From IMG/VR virus record IMGVR_UViG_3300020442_000769, positions 1 through 53,292 of that record: a DNA stretch of 53,292 nt, one strand, 5' to 3'. The position numbers and the translations under genes were made by a program. Positions 9,683-20,029 of this stretch are shown here, piece after piece; the stretch's first letter is position 1, and each line of letters starts with the position of its first letter. This DNA is from a virus (lineage: Duplodnaviria; Caudoviricetes). The notes under the pieces are model-generated. The model was not told where the DNA came from. It searched no databases and saw only the letters and a list, made by a program, of their open reading frames with translations.

Positions 9683-11050
9683 ATGGCAAATAAACTCAAT
9701 GGATTCTTAGATAATTTAGTTAGTGGAGCATTAAGTCCAAAAGGTAATCTTGGTGACTTTGCACACGCGGCAAGACTGTATGTAGATGACGCACATAGAT
9801 TATCGCCTAAACATAAATTTTTATATCACGTAAGTTTTAATTTAAATCCAGAAGCAGTAAAAATTATTCCACAATTAAAAACACAAGAAATTAATATGTT
9901 AGTTAAAAGTGTTGACTTGCCTAAATATCAAATCAGTACAACACTAAAACATCAATACAACAAGAAAAGAAACTTACAAACAAGATTAGATTATGATCCT
10001 ATCAACATTGTATTCCATGATGACAACTATGGACAAACAACTGCTATGTGGGAAGCATATTATAGATATTATTACAAAGACGGAAACTATGCGGCATTAG
10101 ATGGAAGTAGACAACCTAATACTAGTAACCCTGCCTATGCAAGGTCAACAACGTATGGTAACGAAATGGTCAACAATTATAGATTTGGTTTAGACAATGA
10201 TCAATTAGAAAACTTTTTTGAAAGTATACAAATTTATCAAATGTCAAGACATAGATATACTTGTTTCACTTTAGCAAATCCTATAATAAGTTCTTGGCAA
10301 CATGATACAATGGACAACAGCGACAGTGGTGCAGTTTCAAACACAATGACAGTACAGTACGAAACTGTATGGTATGCAAGAGGTCCTGTAACTGAAGGTA
10401 CTGCTCCTAAAATGTTTGGTCCCGCAAGTGGTCATTATGATAGTATGCCTTCGCCTAATTCATTAGCAGGTGGTGGTGCAGTAAACTTATTTGGTCAAGG
10501 TGGTATTGCCGCAGGAGCATCAGATGTATTCAGTGATATAACAAGTGGTAATGCATTTACAAGTCCACAAAACTTTTTAGGTACAGTATTAAAAGCATCT
10601 AGTGTTGTTACAAATGCTAAAAACTTATCAAGCGATGGTATTAGACAAGAAGGCTTTGGTATATTAAAAGATCAAATTGGTGCCGCTACTGGTATTGACG
10701 TAAGTGGTGTTGCCAATACTGCTTTTCCTAAGATAGGTGGCAGTGGTGGACTAGGAAAGACTGCATTAGCAGTTGGTGGTGTTACAGCGGCTATTGGTGT
10801 TGCTAAAGCAATCAAGAATGGTTCATTAAGTAGTGCAACAAGTTTTTTAAGTCAAAATCCTAATGCATTAGATGATTTAACTAAAGCAACTACATTTAAA
10901 AAAGCACACATCAACAACGGTGGTATACCAACTCCCGACGCAATAAATACTGCATGGAACAATTTAAGTTCTAATGTTAAAAGTGCATTGAATAGTGATA
11001 CATCAAGTAATTTAAAATCACATAATCAAAACTTTGACATAAGCACATAA
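9683..11050 (+). CDS. Tail-tube-fold baseplate/tube initiator-like protein (gp48/gp54-like)
   Basis: Tube-fold pattern (VKSVDLP...YDPINIVFHDD...TVQYE) then a Gly/Ala-rich C-terminus; late box upstream. Confidence 0.5.
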   Translation: MANKLNGFLDNLVSGALSPKGNLGDFAHAARLYVDDAHRLSPKHKFLYHVSFNLNPEAVKIIPQLKTQEINMLVKSVDLPKYQISTTLKHQYNKKRNLQTRLDYDPINIVFHDDNYGQTTAMWEAYYRYYYKDGNYAALDGSRQPNTSNPAYARSTTYGNEMVNNYRFGLDNDQLENFFESIQIYQMSRHRYTCFTLANPIISSWQHDTMDNSDSGAVSNTMTVQYETVWYARGPVTEGTAPKMFGPASGHYDSMPSPNSLAGGGAVNLFGQGGIAAGASDVFSDITSGNAFTSPQNFLGTVLKASSVVTNAKNLSSDGIRQEGFGILKDQIGAATGIDVSGVANTAFPKIGGSGGLGKTALAVGGVTAAIGVAKAIKNGSLSSATSFLSQNPNALDDLTKATTFKKAHINNGGIPTPDAINTAWNNLSSNVKSALNSDTSSNLKSHNQNFDIST

Positions 11051-11060
11051 GGTAGATGAC

Positions 11061-11477
11061 ATGGGTGAAAACATTACAACAAAACAAAATACAGTTGCTT
11101 CAAATGTAAGTGGTAATCTACCTCAGAGTCAGCAAGTAAATGATTCTTCAACTTTAGTTAAAAAATTCTTTAATTCATATTACACAAAACCTTTAGAATT
11201 TAATAGTAACGAAGTAGATGCAACTATTGGATTTTTTGAAAAAAGAGGTTTTGATAAAACTAGTGCTCAAACAATTTCAACTATAATAATGCAACAAGCA
11301 AAAATAGATGGAGTAAAAACTTTTGAATTACTAGACACATTGGGTGGATTTGATGATGTGCAATTAAGTTCTGTCATTACAGAAGTTTTAAATTATAACA
11401 GAACAAAAATAAGTGCATTAGGTTATAAAGTAGATCAAGCAACAAACAAATTAGATGCACGTAACATAATGGTATAG
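11061..11477 (+). CDS. Hypothetical virion-associated protein
   Basis: ORF within the structural operon. Confidence 0.6.
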   Translation: MGENITTKQNTVASNVSGNLPQSQQVNDSSTLVKKFFNSYYTKPLEFNSNEVDATIGFFEKRGFDKTSAQTISTIIMQQAKIDGVKTFELLDTLGGFDDVQLSSVITEVLNYNRTKISALGYKVDQATNKLDARNIMV

Positions 11478-11481
11478 TGCT

Positions 11482-11922
11482 ATGCCTAAGTTCGCACAAG
11501 GCAGATACAATTTAAAATTTCCAGAAAAATATTTAGGTAGAAAAACTCCTTTGTATAGATCAAGTTGGGAGTTTGCTTTCATGAAGTTTTGTGATGAGAA
11601 TCCAAGTGTGGCTCGTTGGGCAAGTGAAAGTGTTAAGATACCTTATAGAGATCCTTTGACAGGCAGTATGACAATATATGTTCCTGATTTCCTTATACAA
11701 TATACAGATAGAAAAGGCAAACAAAGAGTAGAATTAATTGAAGTTAAACCTGAAAACCAAATGAAGCGAGAATCTGTAGGTAGGGATAAATTTAGACAAG
11801 CACAATACGTAAGAAATATCGCTAAATGGGAAGCCGCTAGGGCATGGTGTAAACAGAAGAAAATAGTGTTTAGAGTCATAACCGAAAATGACATTTTTCA
11901 TCAGGGCAAGAGAAAAGGCTGA
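11482..11922 (+). CDS. Head completion nuclease (T4 gp4-like)
   Basis: KYLG...YRSSWE..FM.FCD.NP....WASE..IPY...Y.PDF...IEVKP...KWEAA...ITE. Confidence 0.9.
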   Translation: MPKFAQGRYNLKFPEKYLGRKTPLYRSSWEFAFMKFCDENPSVARWASESVKIPYRDPLTGSMTIYVPDFLIQYTDRKGKQRVELIEVKPENQMKRESVGRDKFRQAQYVRNIAKWEAARAWCKQKKIVFRVITENDIFHQGKRKG

Positions 11923-11954
11923 TAAATAATAGTAGTATATAATGGATCCAAAAT

Positions 11955-12455
11955 ATGACTAAAAAATTAGAGGAACTTTTAAACTTACCTGACTCTAAAG
12001 AGATTATAGAAGCAGATAAAAAGAAAGCAGAAACTGAAGAAAAGACTCAGGCTGTAACACAACAGCAAGAAACATTACGCGATATAGCAGAGATGGATAA
12101 AATTGCGGCCGCACTACCACAAGTAAAAGGCTTGGGAGAAATGGCTGATAATGAACTGAATGAAGTTGCTGAAAAATCTATGAGTGCTTATGAAGATCTA
12201 ATGGATTTAGGCATGAATGTTGAATCACGTTATAGTGGCAGGGTATTTGAAGTAGCAGGACAAATGCTAAAAACTAACCTAGATGCCAAAGTTGCTAAAT
12301 TGGATAAAAAGTTAAAAATGGTAGAATTGCAACTTAAAAAAGAAAAACAAGACAAAGATTCTGGTAATGATGAGGGTAATATAGTTAACGGAGAAGGCTA
12401 TATCGTAACTGACCGTAACAGTTTGCTGGAGAAACTAAAGAATATGGATAAATAA
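11955..12455 (+). CDS. Probable terminase small subunit (gp16-like)
   Basis: Helical; RVFEVAGQMLK resembles the R(A)YEV.GQL.K motif of T4-like gp16; near terL. Confidence 0.5.
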   Translation: MTKKLEELLNLPDSKEIIEADKKKAETEEKTQAVTQQQETLRDIAEMDKIAAALPQVKGLGEMADNELNEVAEKSMSAYEDLMDLGMNVESRYSGRVFEVAGQMLKTNLDAKVAKLDKKLKMVELQLKKEKQDKDSGNDEGNIVNGEGYIVTDRNSLLEKLKNMDK

Positions 12456-12474
12456 TGTATAGATGGGAAGTAAT

Positions 12475-13044
12475 ATGAAAAAGTTTACAGAATATTTAAC
12501 AGAGTCAAAAAAGATATACGAATTTAAAGTAGGCATCGCTGGCGAATTACCAGAAAACTGTGCAGACAGCATGGAAAGTTGTTTACAAAAGTTTGGACTA
12601 GAAAGCATGAGCAGTCCAAAGAAAACACCAATCCAAGAACGCCCATTAGACTTCCCTCAGTTACAAAATTGCGAATGCCACTATTATGATATAGCAGTAC
12701 AATATCCTACAACTCCACAAGTTATGGGTGAATACTTATCTACTTGTTGCAACATTGATCCAGCATACATTATTGTACGTTCAAAGAATGCACCACAAGA
12801 AGAATATCAAGATAAAGAGTACAACAAAGTTTACGAACCTAAGTTAGGTTCAGATATTGACAACGGTTTATCAGCACAAGAAGATGTTGGTACAAACAGA
12901 ACAATGAATTTATTAGCAGAATTAGAAAAGGCAAGAAAAGAAAGAGACAATGATCCAGGCCAAGGCGTAAAGGGAAACACAGAACAAAAACAAATGGCTC
13001 TAAATGAACCAGAAGAGTCAAAAAGTCCAGTGGGGAGCAAATAA
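12475..13044 (+). CDS. Hypothetical (possible head-internal) protein
   Basis: MKKFTEYLTES start typical of T4-like head-internal proteins; GATAAATA at 12447. Confidence 0.55.
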   Translation: MKKFTEYLTESKKIYEFKVGIAGELPENCADSMESCLQKFGLESMSSPKKTPIQERPLDFPQLQNCECHYYDIAVQYPTTPQVMGEYLSTCCNIDPAYIIVRSKNAPQEEYQDKEYNKVYEPKLGSDIDNGLSAQEDVGTNRTMNLLAELEKARKERDNDPGQGVKGNTEQKQMALNEPEESKSPVGSK

Positions 13045-13532
13045 TGAACGCAAAAGATATCTATAAGAAAATAGACGACTTAAACGAAGCAGTATCAATG
13101 AATATCTCCATGTCGGGTGACAATGCAGAGGATGTTGGAAACCTTTTTAATATGATGAGAGGTGATAAACCTGAAATGAAGCCTGTTGATATTAAGATGC
13201 TTTCCCCAAGAGACGATATCGCAAAAAGTTTATCTATTATGGGACCAAAGAAACCAGAGATGGACAAACCAATGCCGATGAAGTTGCCTATGGATCCTAA
13301 GCCTTGCGGTGAAGACGAAGTAGAAGAAAAGTCTTGGGATAATTCACCAGACGAAGATTACAAAGATACAAAATATATGACAAAAGATTTAAGTGGTGGT
13401 TTAAACAGACCTAAGAAAACTTATCCTAAAGTTGCAGGCGGAGACAATCCAATGCAGGCTACTGAAGATAAAATTAAAGAAGGTTTAAAAAATAGACTAC
13501 AAGAACTTATGTCAGAACTAGAGGAGAAGTAA
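13044..13532 (+). CDS. Hypothetical acidic/low-complexity protein
   Basis: TAATG-coupled ORF. Confidence 0.6.
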   Translation: MNAKDIYKKIDDLNEAVSMNISMSGDNAEDVGNLFNMMRGDKPEMKPVDIKMLSPRDDIAKSLSIMGPKKPEMDKPMPMKLPMDPKPCGEDEVEEKSWDNSPDEDYKDTKYMTKDLSGGLNRPKKTYPKVAGGDNPMQATEDKIKEGLKNRLQELMSELEEK

Positions 13533-13533
13533 G

Positions 13534-13887
13534 ATGGTAGCAGTAACAAGAGTAACAGGATTAGGTGTAACTGCTGGTACATTATATTCTCATAATGCAA
13601 AGGCAATGTTAGTTACTGTAAAGAATGCTGGCGGTAGTGCAATTGACTTACGTGCAGAAGATGATGCAGTAGGTGAAGCGGCTGAAGTAGTACTAGGAGA
13701 AGTTAGTCCTTTAATGTATTTGGTAACTAATTCTGCGGCAGGTACAATTTCAATTATTACTGATATTAGTGCTAACGCGGCAGACTTACAAGCAAAGATT
13801 AGAGCATTAGGAACAGCAGTAGGACCAAACGATATTGACGTATCAGGTACAACTGTTGCTGATGGCTCAAGTGTAACAGTAGCATAA
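13534..13887 (+). CDS. Hypothetical Ala/Val/Thr-rich virion protein
   Basis: GAGGAG SD, structural-type composition, terminator after. Confidence 0.6.
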   Translation: MVAVTRVTGLGVTAGTLYSHNAKAMLVTVKNAGGSAIDLRAEDDAVGEAAEVVLGEVSPLMYLVTNSAAGTISIITDISANAADLQAKIRALGTAVGPNDIDVSGTTVADGSSVTVA

Positions 13888-13913
13888 TAAATCCAAAAGT
13901 TTAAAATACAACC

Positions 13914-13937
13914 AATAGGCCCTACGGGGCCTATTTT
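13914..13937 (+). terminator. Intrinsic terminator
   Basis: AATAGGCCC-TACG-GGGCCTATT-TT. Confidence 0.8.
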
Positions 13938-13941
13938 CACC

Positions 13942-13949
13942 TATAAATA
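13942..13949 (+). promoter_or_regulatory. Late promoter for terminase
   Basis: Exact TATAAATA 5 nt before the ATG. Confidence 0.7.
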
Positions 13950-13954
13950 CTAGT

Positions 13955-15544
13955 ATGGCAACTAAAAGTTTAGACGGTGTCTTAACCAAAAAAGCACACC
14001 AACGAGAAAATTTTACTAATGAGCAAGTAGAAGAATTAAGTAATTGTATTAATCCTGACACTGGCTTTGAATATTTTTGTGAAAAGTTTTTCTATATACA
14101 ACATCCTGTAAAAGGTAAAACTTTGTTTAAGCCATTTGAATATCAACAAAGACTTTTAAAAAGTTATCACAATCATAGATTCAATGTTAATATGCTACCA
14201 AGACAAAGTGGTAAGACAACAACTGCCGCAGGTTACTTGTTATGGTATGCTATGTTTCATCCAGATCAAACAATACTAATTGCCGCACACAAATACACAG
14301 GTGCTCAAGAAATTATGCAACGTATTAGATACGGATATGAATTATGTCCTGATCATATACGAGCAGGAGTTGTAAACTACAACAAAGGTTCAATGGAATT
14401 TGAAAATGGTAGTAGAATAGTTAGTGCTACTACAACAGGCAACACAGGAAGAGGTATGTCAATATCTTTACTATACTGTGATGAGTTTGCATTTGTTAAT
14501 CCAAGTATTGCTGATGAATTTTGGACTTCGATATCTCCAACACTAGCAACAGGTGGTCGTGCAATTATTACAAGTACACCTAACTCAGACGAAGATACGT
14601 TTGCTATCATATGGAAAGAATCACAAAACAAATACGATGAGAATGGTAATGAACAAGCAGAAGGTGTAAATGGCTTTCACGGATTTACAGCAAGTTGGGA
14701 CGAACATCCTGATAGAGATGATGAATGGATGAAAGTTGAAGTTGGTCGTATTGGTGAAGAAAGATTTAGACGTGAGTATGGTTGCGAATTCTTAGTCTAT
14801 GATGAAACATTAATTAATAGTATTAAACTTGCTACAATAGAAGGAATAGATCCTATACGCAATCAAGGACAAATACGTTGGTATGGTACACCTAAAGGAA
14901 ACTACACGTATGTTGTTGCACTAGATCCTGCTATGGGTACAGGTGGAGACTTTGCCGCAATACAAATTATAGAATTACCTACATACAAACAGATAGGCGA
15001 ATGGAGACACAACCAAACTGCTATACCTGGACAAATTAGAATTTTAAGAGATATTTGTAATTACATAAAAGAAGAATGTCAAAACGATGGCCAAAACATT
15101 TATTGGAGTGTAGAAAATAATACTATAGGTGAAGGCGCATTGATTGTTATTAGAGACTTAGGTGAAGAGAATATACCAGGTATGTTAGTAAGTGAACCTA
15201 TTAGAAAAGGTCATGTGCGTAAATTTAGAAAAGGATTTAATACAACTCATGCTACAAAAATTAGTGCTTGTTCAAGATTAAAAGCAATGGTTGAGAGTGA
15301 TAAATTTAAAATACACAGCAAACCTTTGATATCAGAACTTAAAGGGTTTGTTGCTAGTGGTAGTAGTTACAAAGCAAAACCTGGTGAAACAGATGACCTT
15401 GTTAGTGCTACATTATTAAGTATGAGGCTAATTGCGGTGCTTAAAGACTGGGATCCTAAGATATACGAAACGTTTAATCATGCTGAATCTGAAGAAGATC
15501 TACAACCGCCAATGCCTATATTCGTTTCCACTAACATAAGATAA
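13955..15544 (+). CDS. terL: Terminase large subunit (gp17-like)
   Basis: PRQSGKTT Walker A, LLYCDEFAF Walker B, ITSTPN, nuclease ALDPAMG.GGD and DDLV. Confidence 0.97.
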   Translation: MATKSLDGVLTKKAHQRENFTNEQVEELSNCINPDTGFEYFCEKFFYIQHPVKGKTLFKPFEYQQRLLKSYHNHRFNVNMLPRQSGKTTTAAGYLLWYAMFHPDQTILIAAHKYTGAQEIMQRIRYGYELCPDHIRAGVVNYNKGSMEFENGSRIVSATTTGNTGRGMSISLLYCDEFAFVNPSIADEFWTSISPTLATGGRAIITSTPNSDEDTFAIIWKESQNKYDENGNEQAEGVNGFHGFTASWDEHPDRDDEWMKVEVGRIGEERFRREYGCEFLVYDETLINSIKLATIEGIDPIRNQGQIRWYGTPKGNYTYVVALDPAMGTGGDFAAIQIIELPTYKQIGEWRHNQTAIPGQIRILRDICNYIKEECQNDGQNIYWSVENNTIGEGALIVIRDLGEENIPGMLVSEPIRKGHVRKFRKGFNTTHATKISACSRLKAMVESDKFKIHSKPLISELKGFVASGSSYKAKPGETDDLVSATLLSMRLIAVLKDWDPKIYETFNHAESEEDLQPPMPIFVSTNIR

Positions 15545-15552
15545 ATAGTTAT

Positions 15553-17541
15553 ATGAGTAATATGGAACCAATTTCAGAACGTTTATTTGCTAAAATTAGA
15601 GGCAGATTTCCATCTGTGACTATTGGTGATATGAATGGTGCAGTTACAGATAACCCTAAACTTGCACGTTACTTTGACTTTGACTACATGGAAGGCAATA
15701 ACGTACTTGGAAAAGTAAGTGTAACATTAGATGAAAAAGAAGTTGTCGTGCTTTATAATACAAATATTATGGCAGAAGCAGACGAGGCAGAAAAAAATAA
15801 TTGGTATGACTTTTTAAAAGAAATTAGATTTTTTGCTAAAAAGAATATGCTTAACTTCGACACAAGAGATATTACAAAAAGCAATTTAGACAAAAGGGAT
15901 TATGCACATTTAACAAAAGTTGCCGGAGAGAAGGAAATGCAAACAGAATCAGTAATGTATGGAACAGCAAGAACTAGTTATGAAGATTGCGACAAAGCAA
16001 GACTAGTATTAAAACACACTAAACCAATTAATCAAGAAACACCCGGTGGCCGTACACAACACGTTGAAGCAATTTACATTGAAAGCGATAACGGAGAAAG
16101 ATTCAAATATCCATTTAGACATTTAAATGGTGCAAGAGCATTAGCACGTCACGTAAGCAATGGCGGTAACTTATATGATGACTTTGGACAACACATTGTA
16201 GGTTTATCAGAAGAATTAAACAAGTTACGTAAATTTAGAACTTACATGAACCGTTCAGCAGTAATGGCAGAAAGTCTAAAAGGTTATTTAGATATTGTTG
16301 CTGAAAGAGTAGAACAAATTAAAAAAGAAGTGCATAGTTTACAAAGACAAAACTATTACACAGAAGCATCAAAAGATTTTAAACCAGCAGTAAAAGAAGA
16401 AGTTCCAGAAGATTTACAAAATGCTTGGATCGACGAATTAACTATTAGAACATTCAATGAAGAATTAAAATCTGTATTTCCATACATTTATAATTTGGTA
16501 CAAGAAAAAAATAAAATTGAAGAAATGGGTCCAGAAGCATTTGCAGAATATGATGGTCCTGATGAAACAGCAGATGGTCCAAGTTCAATGGGCATGAACA
16601 AATATGGTCTTTCCGCTGTTAACAAAGGTGGAAAATTTATTTCATATAAAGATGGTAAGATGACAGGCGAGTTTGATTCATTAGAAGACCTTGCTAAACA
16701 TCAAGAAGAATTAATTAAAGACGAAAGTATTACACCAGAAGCAGAATATGAATATGCACTAAACCAAATTGTTGGTGAAGAAGATTTGTTAAGTGGTGAT
16801 CAAGAAGCATTACAAAAATTAAACAAGTTAATGAAATCTCATTTTGCGGCAGGCGTAAATGGTAACAATGGTATTTCAAGTTTAAAAGGTATTATTGACG
16901 ATCCAGAATTATTAATGCAAATTAAAAAAGCAGGACAAGAAGATGCAGATGTTTGCATACGTCCAATGATAATGGATTATGTTAAAAAGAAAGCACCTGA
17001 AATGGTTTCTAAAATTGACACAGGCGATATGGAAGAAGTGTCCACTGACGAAAGTGGCATTATGTACAAAGCAGGTGTTAAGAAATACGGCAAAGATGGA
17101 ATGACAAAAATCCAAAGTGCCGCTGGTAAAGGTGCAAGTGCAGAAGAAATTGGTGCTATCAAAGACAAGTACAATAAGAAAAAAGATGAAGGTTCAGACG
17201 ACGATTATCAAGCAAAGAAAAAAGCAATACAAGATATTCAAGCAGATCCAAATACATCAAAAGACCCCGAATTGAAGAAAGAACTAATTAGACGCAAGGC
17301 AGAATTAGAAAAGAAAAAAGAATCACATGAAAAATCACCTGGAGAAAAATTAGAAGAGTTAGTTAAGAGTCATTATGATTACACAACTAACGCATTTCCA
17401 AAAGGTGAACAAGCAGTTATTACTGCTTGTGAAAAAGAATTTGGTGACAAGAGTGTACCATTCGCAGAGAAGATGATAGGAAGATTGCTAGGTGGCAAAG
17501 ATCCTGAAATGGAACGTATCAAGAAATTGAGCGGCCTATAA
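15553..17541 (+). CDS. Large hypothetical protein (662 aa), probably late/virion
   Basis: Long ORF with GATAAATA 5 nt upstream; no motif recognised. Confidence 0.7.
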   Translation: MSNMEPISERLFAKIRGRFPSVTIGDMNGAVTDNPKLARYFDFDYMEGNNVLGKVSVTLDEKEVVVLYNTNIMAEADEAEKNNWYDFLKEIRFFAKKNMLNFDTRDITKSNLDKRDYAHLTKVAGEKEMQTESVMYGTARTSYEDCDKARLVLKHTKPINQETPGGRTQHVEAIYIESDNGERFKYPFRHLNGARALARHVSNGGNLYDDFGQHIVGLSEELNKLRKFRTYMNRSAVMAESLKGYLDIVAERVEQIKKEVHSLQRQNYYTEASKDFKPAVKEEVPEDLQNAWIDELTIRTFNEELKSVFPYIYNLVQEKNKIEEMGPEAFAEYDGPDETADGPSSMGMNKYGLSAVNKGGKFISYKDGKMTGEFDSLEDLAKHQEELIKDESITPEAEYEYALNQIVGEEDLLSGDQEALQKLNKLMKSHFAAGVNGNNGISSLKGIIDDPELLMQIKKAGQEDADVCIRPMIMDYVKKKAPEMVSKIDTGDMEEVSTDESGIMYKAGVKKYGKDGMTKIQSAAGKGASAEEIGAIKDKYNKKKDEGSDDDYQAKKKAIQDIQADPNTSKDPELKKELIRRKAELEKKKESHEKSPGEKLEELVKSHYDYTTNAFPKGEQAVITACEKEFGDKSVPFAEKMIGRLLGGKDPEMERIKKLSGL

Positions 17542-17563
17542 TCACTTTTCGGCGAATAAACAC

Positions 17564-17592
17564 TTGACATTACTAAATATCTGTAGTAGTAT
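17564..17592 (+). promoter_or_regulatory. sigma70-type promoter of the gp32 gene
   Basis: TTGACA-N17-TAGTAT. Confidence 0.7.
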
Positions 17593-17657
17593 GTATTTTA
17601 TTGTGCTACTACATGAAGGCACTAAACAGCGAAGGCTATAATATAGGAGGCTTAACA

Positions 17658-18626
17658 ATGGCAACATTAGCAGAAATTCGTGCAAAACTTAAAGAGCAAG
17701 AAGCAAATACTGGCGGCAATCGTTCGTCAGGCGGTGACAACGCAATTTACCCATTTTGGAATATGAAAGAAGGACAGACTGCAACAGTCCGTTTTCTTCC
17801 TGATGGCGATGAATCCAATACATTTTTCTGGCAGGAACGTTTATTAATTAAACTTCCATTTGCTGGAATCAAAGGCGAGACAGACTCTCGTCCAGTACAG
17901 GTACAAGTACCTTGTATGGAAATGTATGGTGAAACTTGTCCAGTACTTTCAGAAGTACGTGGATGGTTTAAGGATCCAAAGTTAGAAGATATGGGTAGAA
18001 AGTATTGGAAGAAACGTTCTTACGTATTCCAAGGCTTTGTAACTGACAATCCTTTAACAGAGGATTCAACTCCAGATAATCCAATTAGAAGATTTATCAT
18101 TGGTCCACAAATCTTTCAAATCATTAAAGGTGCTTTGATGGATCCGGACATGAATGAATTGCCTACAGATTATACTGCGGGTGTAGACTTTAGACTTACT
18201 AAAAATTCAAAAGGTGGATATGCAGATTATTCAACTTCAACTTGGGCACGTAGAGAACGTGCATTAAATGAAGATGAGTATAAAGCAATTGAAACTAATG
18301 GATTGTATAACTTATCTGACTACTTACCTAAGAAGCCAGGTGACGTTGAAGTAGAAGTCATTAAAAAGATGTTTGAAGCATCAGTTGATGGTGAAGCATA
18401 TGACATGGACGCATTTGGTCAATATTTCCGTCCAGCAGGTATGGCTTCAAGAACTGGTGATCCAGTAAAGGCATCTACTCCACAACCAGCAAAGGTTGAG
18501 GAGACGGTAGTAGCAAAAACAGAAGAAGAAACTGTAAAAGTTTCAGAACCTGTTGCAGAGTCTAAACCAGCAGACAATAACAAGGCGGAAGACATTCTAG
18601 CAATGATCCGTTCTAGACAGCAGTAA
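17658..18626 (+). CDS. Single-stranded DNA-binding protein (gp32-like)
   Basis: ATVRFLP, C...YGETCPV, KYWKKRSY, GQDF-like GVDF, GGYADYSTS; AGGAGG SD before ATG 17658. Confidence 0.9.
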   Translation: MATLAEIRAKLKEQEANTGGNRSSGGDNAIYPFWNMKEGQTATVRFLPDGDESNTFFWQERLLIKLPFAGIKGETDSRPVQVQVPCMEMYGETCPVLSEVRGWFKDPKLEDMGRKYWKKRSYVFQGFVTDNPLTEDSTPDNPIRRFIIGPQIFQIIKGALMDPDMNELPTDYTAGVDFRLTKNSKGGYADYSTSTWARRERALNEDEYKAIETNGLYNLSDYLPKKPGDVEVEVIKKMFEASVDGEAYDMDAFGQYFRPAGMASRTGDPVKASTPQPAKVEETVVAKTEEETVKVSEPVAESKPADNNKAEDILAMIRSRQQ

Positions 18627-18632
18627 TATATC

Positions 18633-18666
18633 TGGGGTGTGTGTCAAAAGCACACCCCATTTTATT
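18633..18666 (+). terminator. Terminator-like hairpin
   Basis: TGGGGTGTG...CACACCCCA followed by TTTTATT. Confidence 0.6.
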
Positions 18667-18682
18667 AGATTAAGGAGTAACA

Positions 18683-19747
18683 ATGGCGAGCAAAGCATTT
18701 GACGTTTCTAAGTTTCGTAAAAACTTAACTAAATCAATCACAGGTATGAGTGCAGGATTTAACGATCCTACTGATTGGATTAGTACAGGTAACTATGCAC
18801 TCAACTATCTTGTGTCAGGTGATTTCCACAAAGGTGTACCTTTAGGTAAGGTAACTGTATTTGCAGGAGAGTCTGGCTCAGGTAAGTCTTATTTTTGTGC
18901 AGGTAACATTGTAAAGGCGGCACAGGAACAAGGTATATTTGTTGTACTAATTGATTCTGAGAACGCACTAGATGAACAATGGCTACAAGCACTTGATGTA
19001 GACACAGGCGAAGACAAACTTCTTAAACTTAATATGTCAATGATTGATGATGTTGCTAAAACAGTATCAACATTTATGACAGACTACAAAGCAATGAATG
19101 AGGAAGAACGTCCTAAAGTATTGTTTGTAATTGATAGTTTAGGTATGTTACTTACTCCAACAGATGTTGATCAGTTTACAAAAGGTGATATGAAAGGTGA
19201 CATGGGTAGAAAGCCTAAGGCACTAACGGCACTTGTAAGAAACTGTGTTAATATGTTTGGTAGTCATAACGTAGGACTAGTAGCAACTAACCATACGTAT
19301 GCATCGCAAGATATGTTTGATCCAGATGATAAGATATCAGGTGGTCAAGGATTTATCTATGCATCTTCAATTGTTGTAGCAATGAAAAAACTAAAACTAA
19401 AAGAAGATGAAGATGGTAAAAAGGTAACTGATGTAAGAGGTATTAGAGCCGCTTGTAAAGTTATGAAGACAAGATATGCTAAACCTTTTGAAGGTGTACA
19501 AGTTAAGATTCCATATGAAACAGGAATGAATCCTTACAGTGGACTTGTTGACTTGTTCGAAAAGAAAGGTTTGTTAAAGCAAGAAGGTAACAGATTAAAG
19601 TATGTTGATACAAAAGGTCAAGAACACAAAGAATATCGTAAAGATTGGGATGGTGAAAAACTTGATTTTATTATCAAAGACTCTGCTGAAGCACTTGCTG
19701 ATACAGGCAAAGTCGAAACTGAGGTAGTAGAAACAAGTGATGAATAA
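18683..19747 (+). CDS. uvsX: RecA-like recombinase UvsX
   Basis: AGESGSGKS Walker A, IDSENA, VIDSLG, TNHTY, SGGQG. Confidence 0.93.
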   Translation: MASKAFDVSKFRKNLTKSITGMSAGFNDPTDWISTGNYALNYLVSGDFHKGVPLGKVTVFAGESGSGKSYFCAGNIVKAAQEQGIFVVLIDSENALDEQWLQALDVDTGEDKLLKLNMSMIDDVAKTVSTFMTDYKAMNEEERPKVLFVIDSLGMLLTPTDVDQFTKGDMKGDMGRKPKALTALVRNCVNMFGSHNVGLVATNHTYASQDMFDPDDKISGGQGFIYASSIVVAMKKLKLKEDEDGKKVTDVRGIRAACKVMKTRYAKPFEGVQVKIPYETGMNPYSGLVDLFEKKGLLKQEGNRLKYVDTKGQEHKEYRKDWDGEKLDFIIKDSAEALADTGKVETEVVETSDE

Positions 19748-19784
19748 AATATAAATATCCATTGGATATAAGGAGTCACAGACT

Positions 19785-20027
19785 ATGGAATCAGGATCGC
19801 AAATAATTGAAATTTGGCAGGTGTTTAAAGAATACATCGATAAGAAAAATATCGAGACAGTTGCCGAAAGGTTTGTTGATGTTTGTGCTGACTTTGGCAC
19901 ATCAGATGAATCTTTTAGAGAAGCCTTAGGGTCTGATAGTCAATTGGATAAAGCAATTGGTTATTATCTGGAAGAGGATATTGATGATGACGATTATGGT
20001 ACAAGCGAAGATGATGATTGGGATTAA
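19785..20027 (+). CDS. Hypothetical acidic protein
   Basis: AAGGAG SD; between uvsX and uvsY. Confidence 0.7.
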   Translation: MESGSQIIEIWQVFKEYIDKKNIETVAERFVDVCADFGTSDESFREALGSDSQLDKAIGYYLEEDIDDDDYGTSEDDDWD

Positions 20028-20029
20028 AC

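Noticed and set aside
11482-11922. TnsA transposase / mobile element
   Set aside because: The TnsA-like fold here is the T4 gp4 head-completion nuclease in its normal context; no transposon ends or TnsB.
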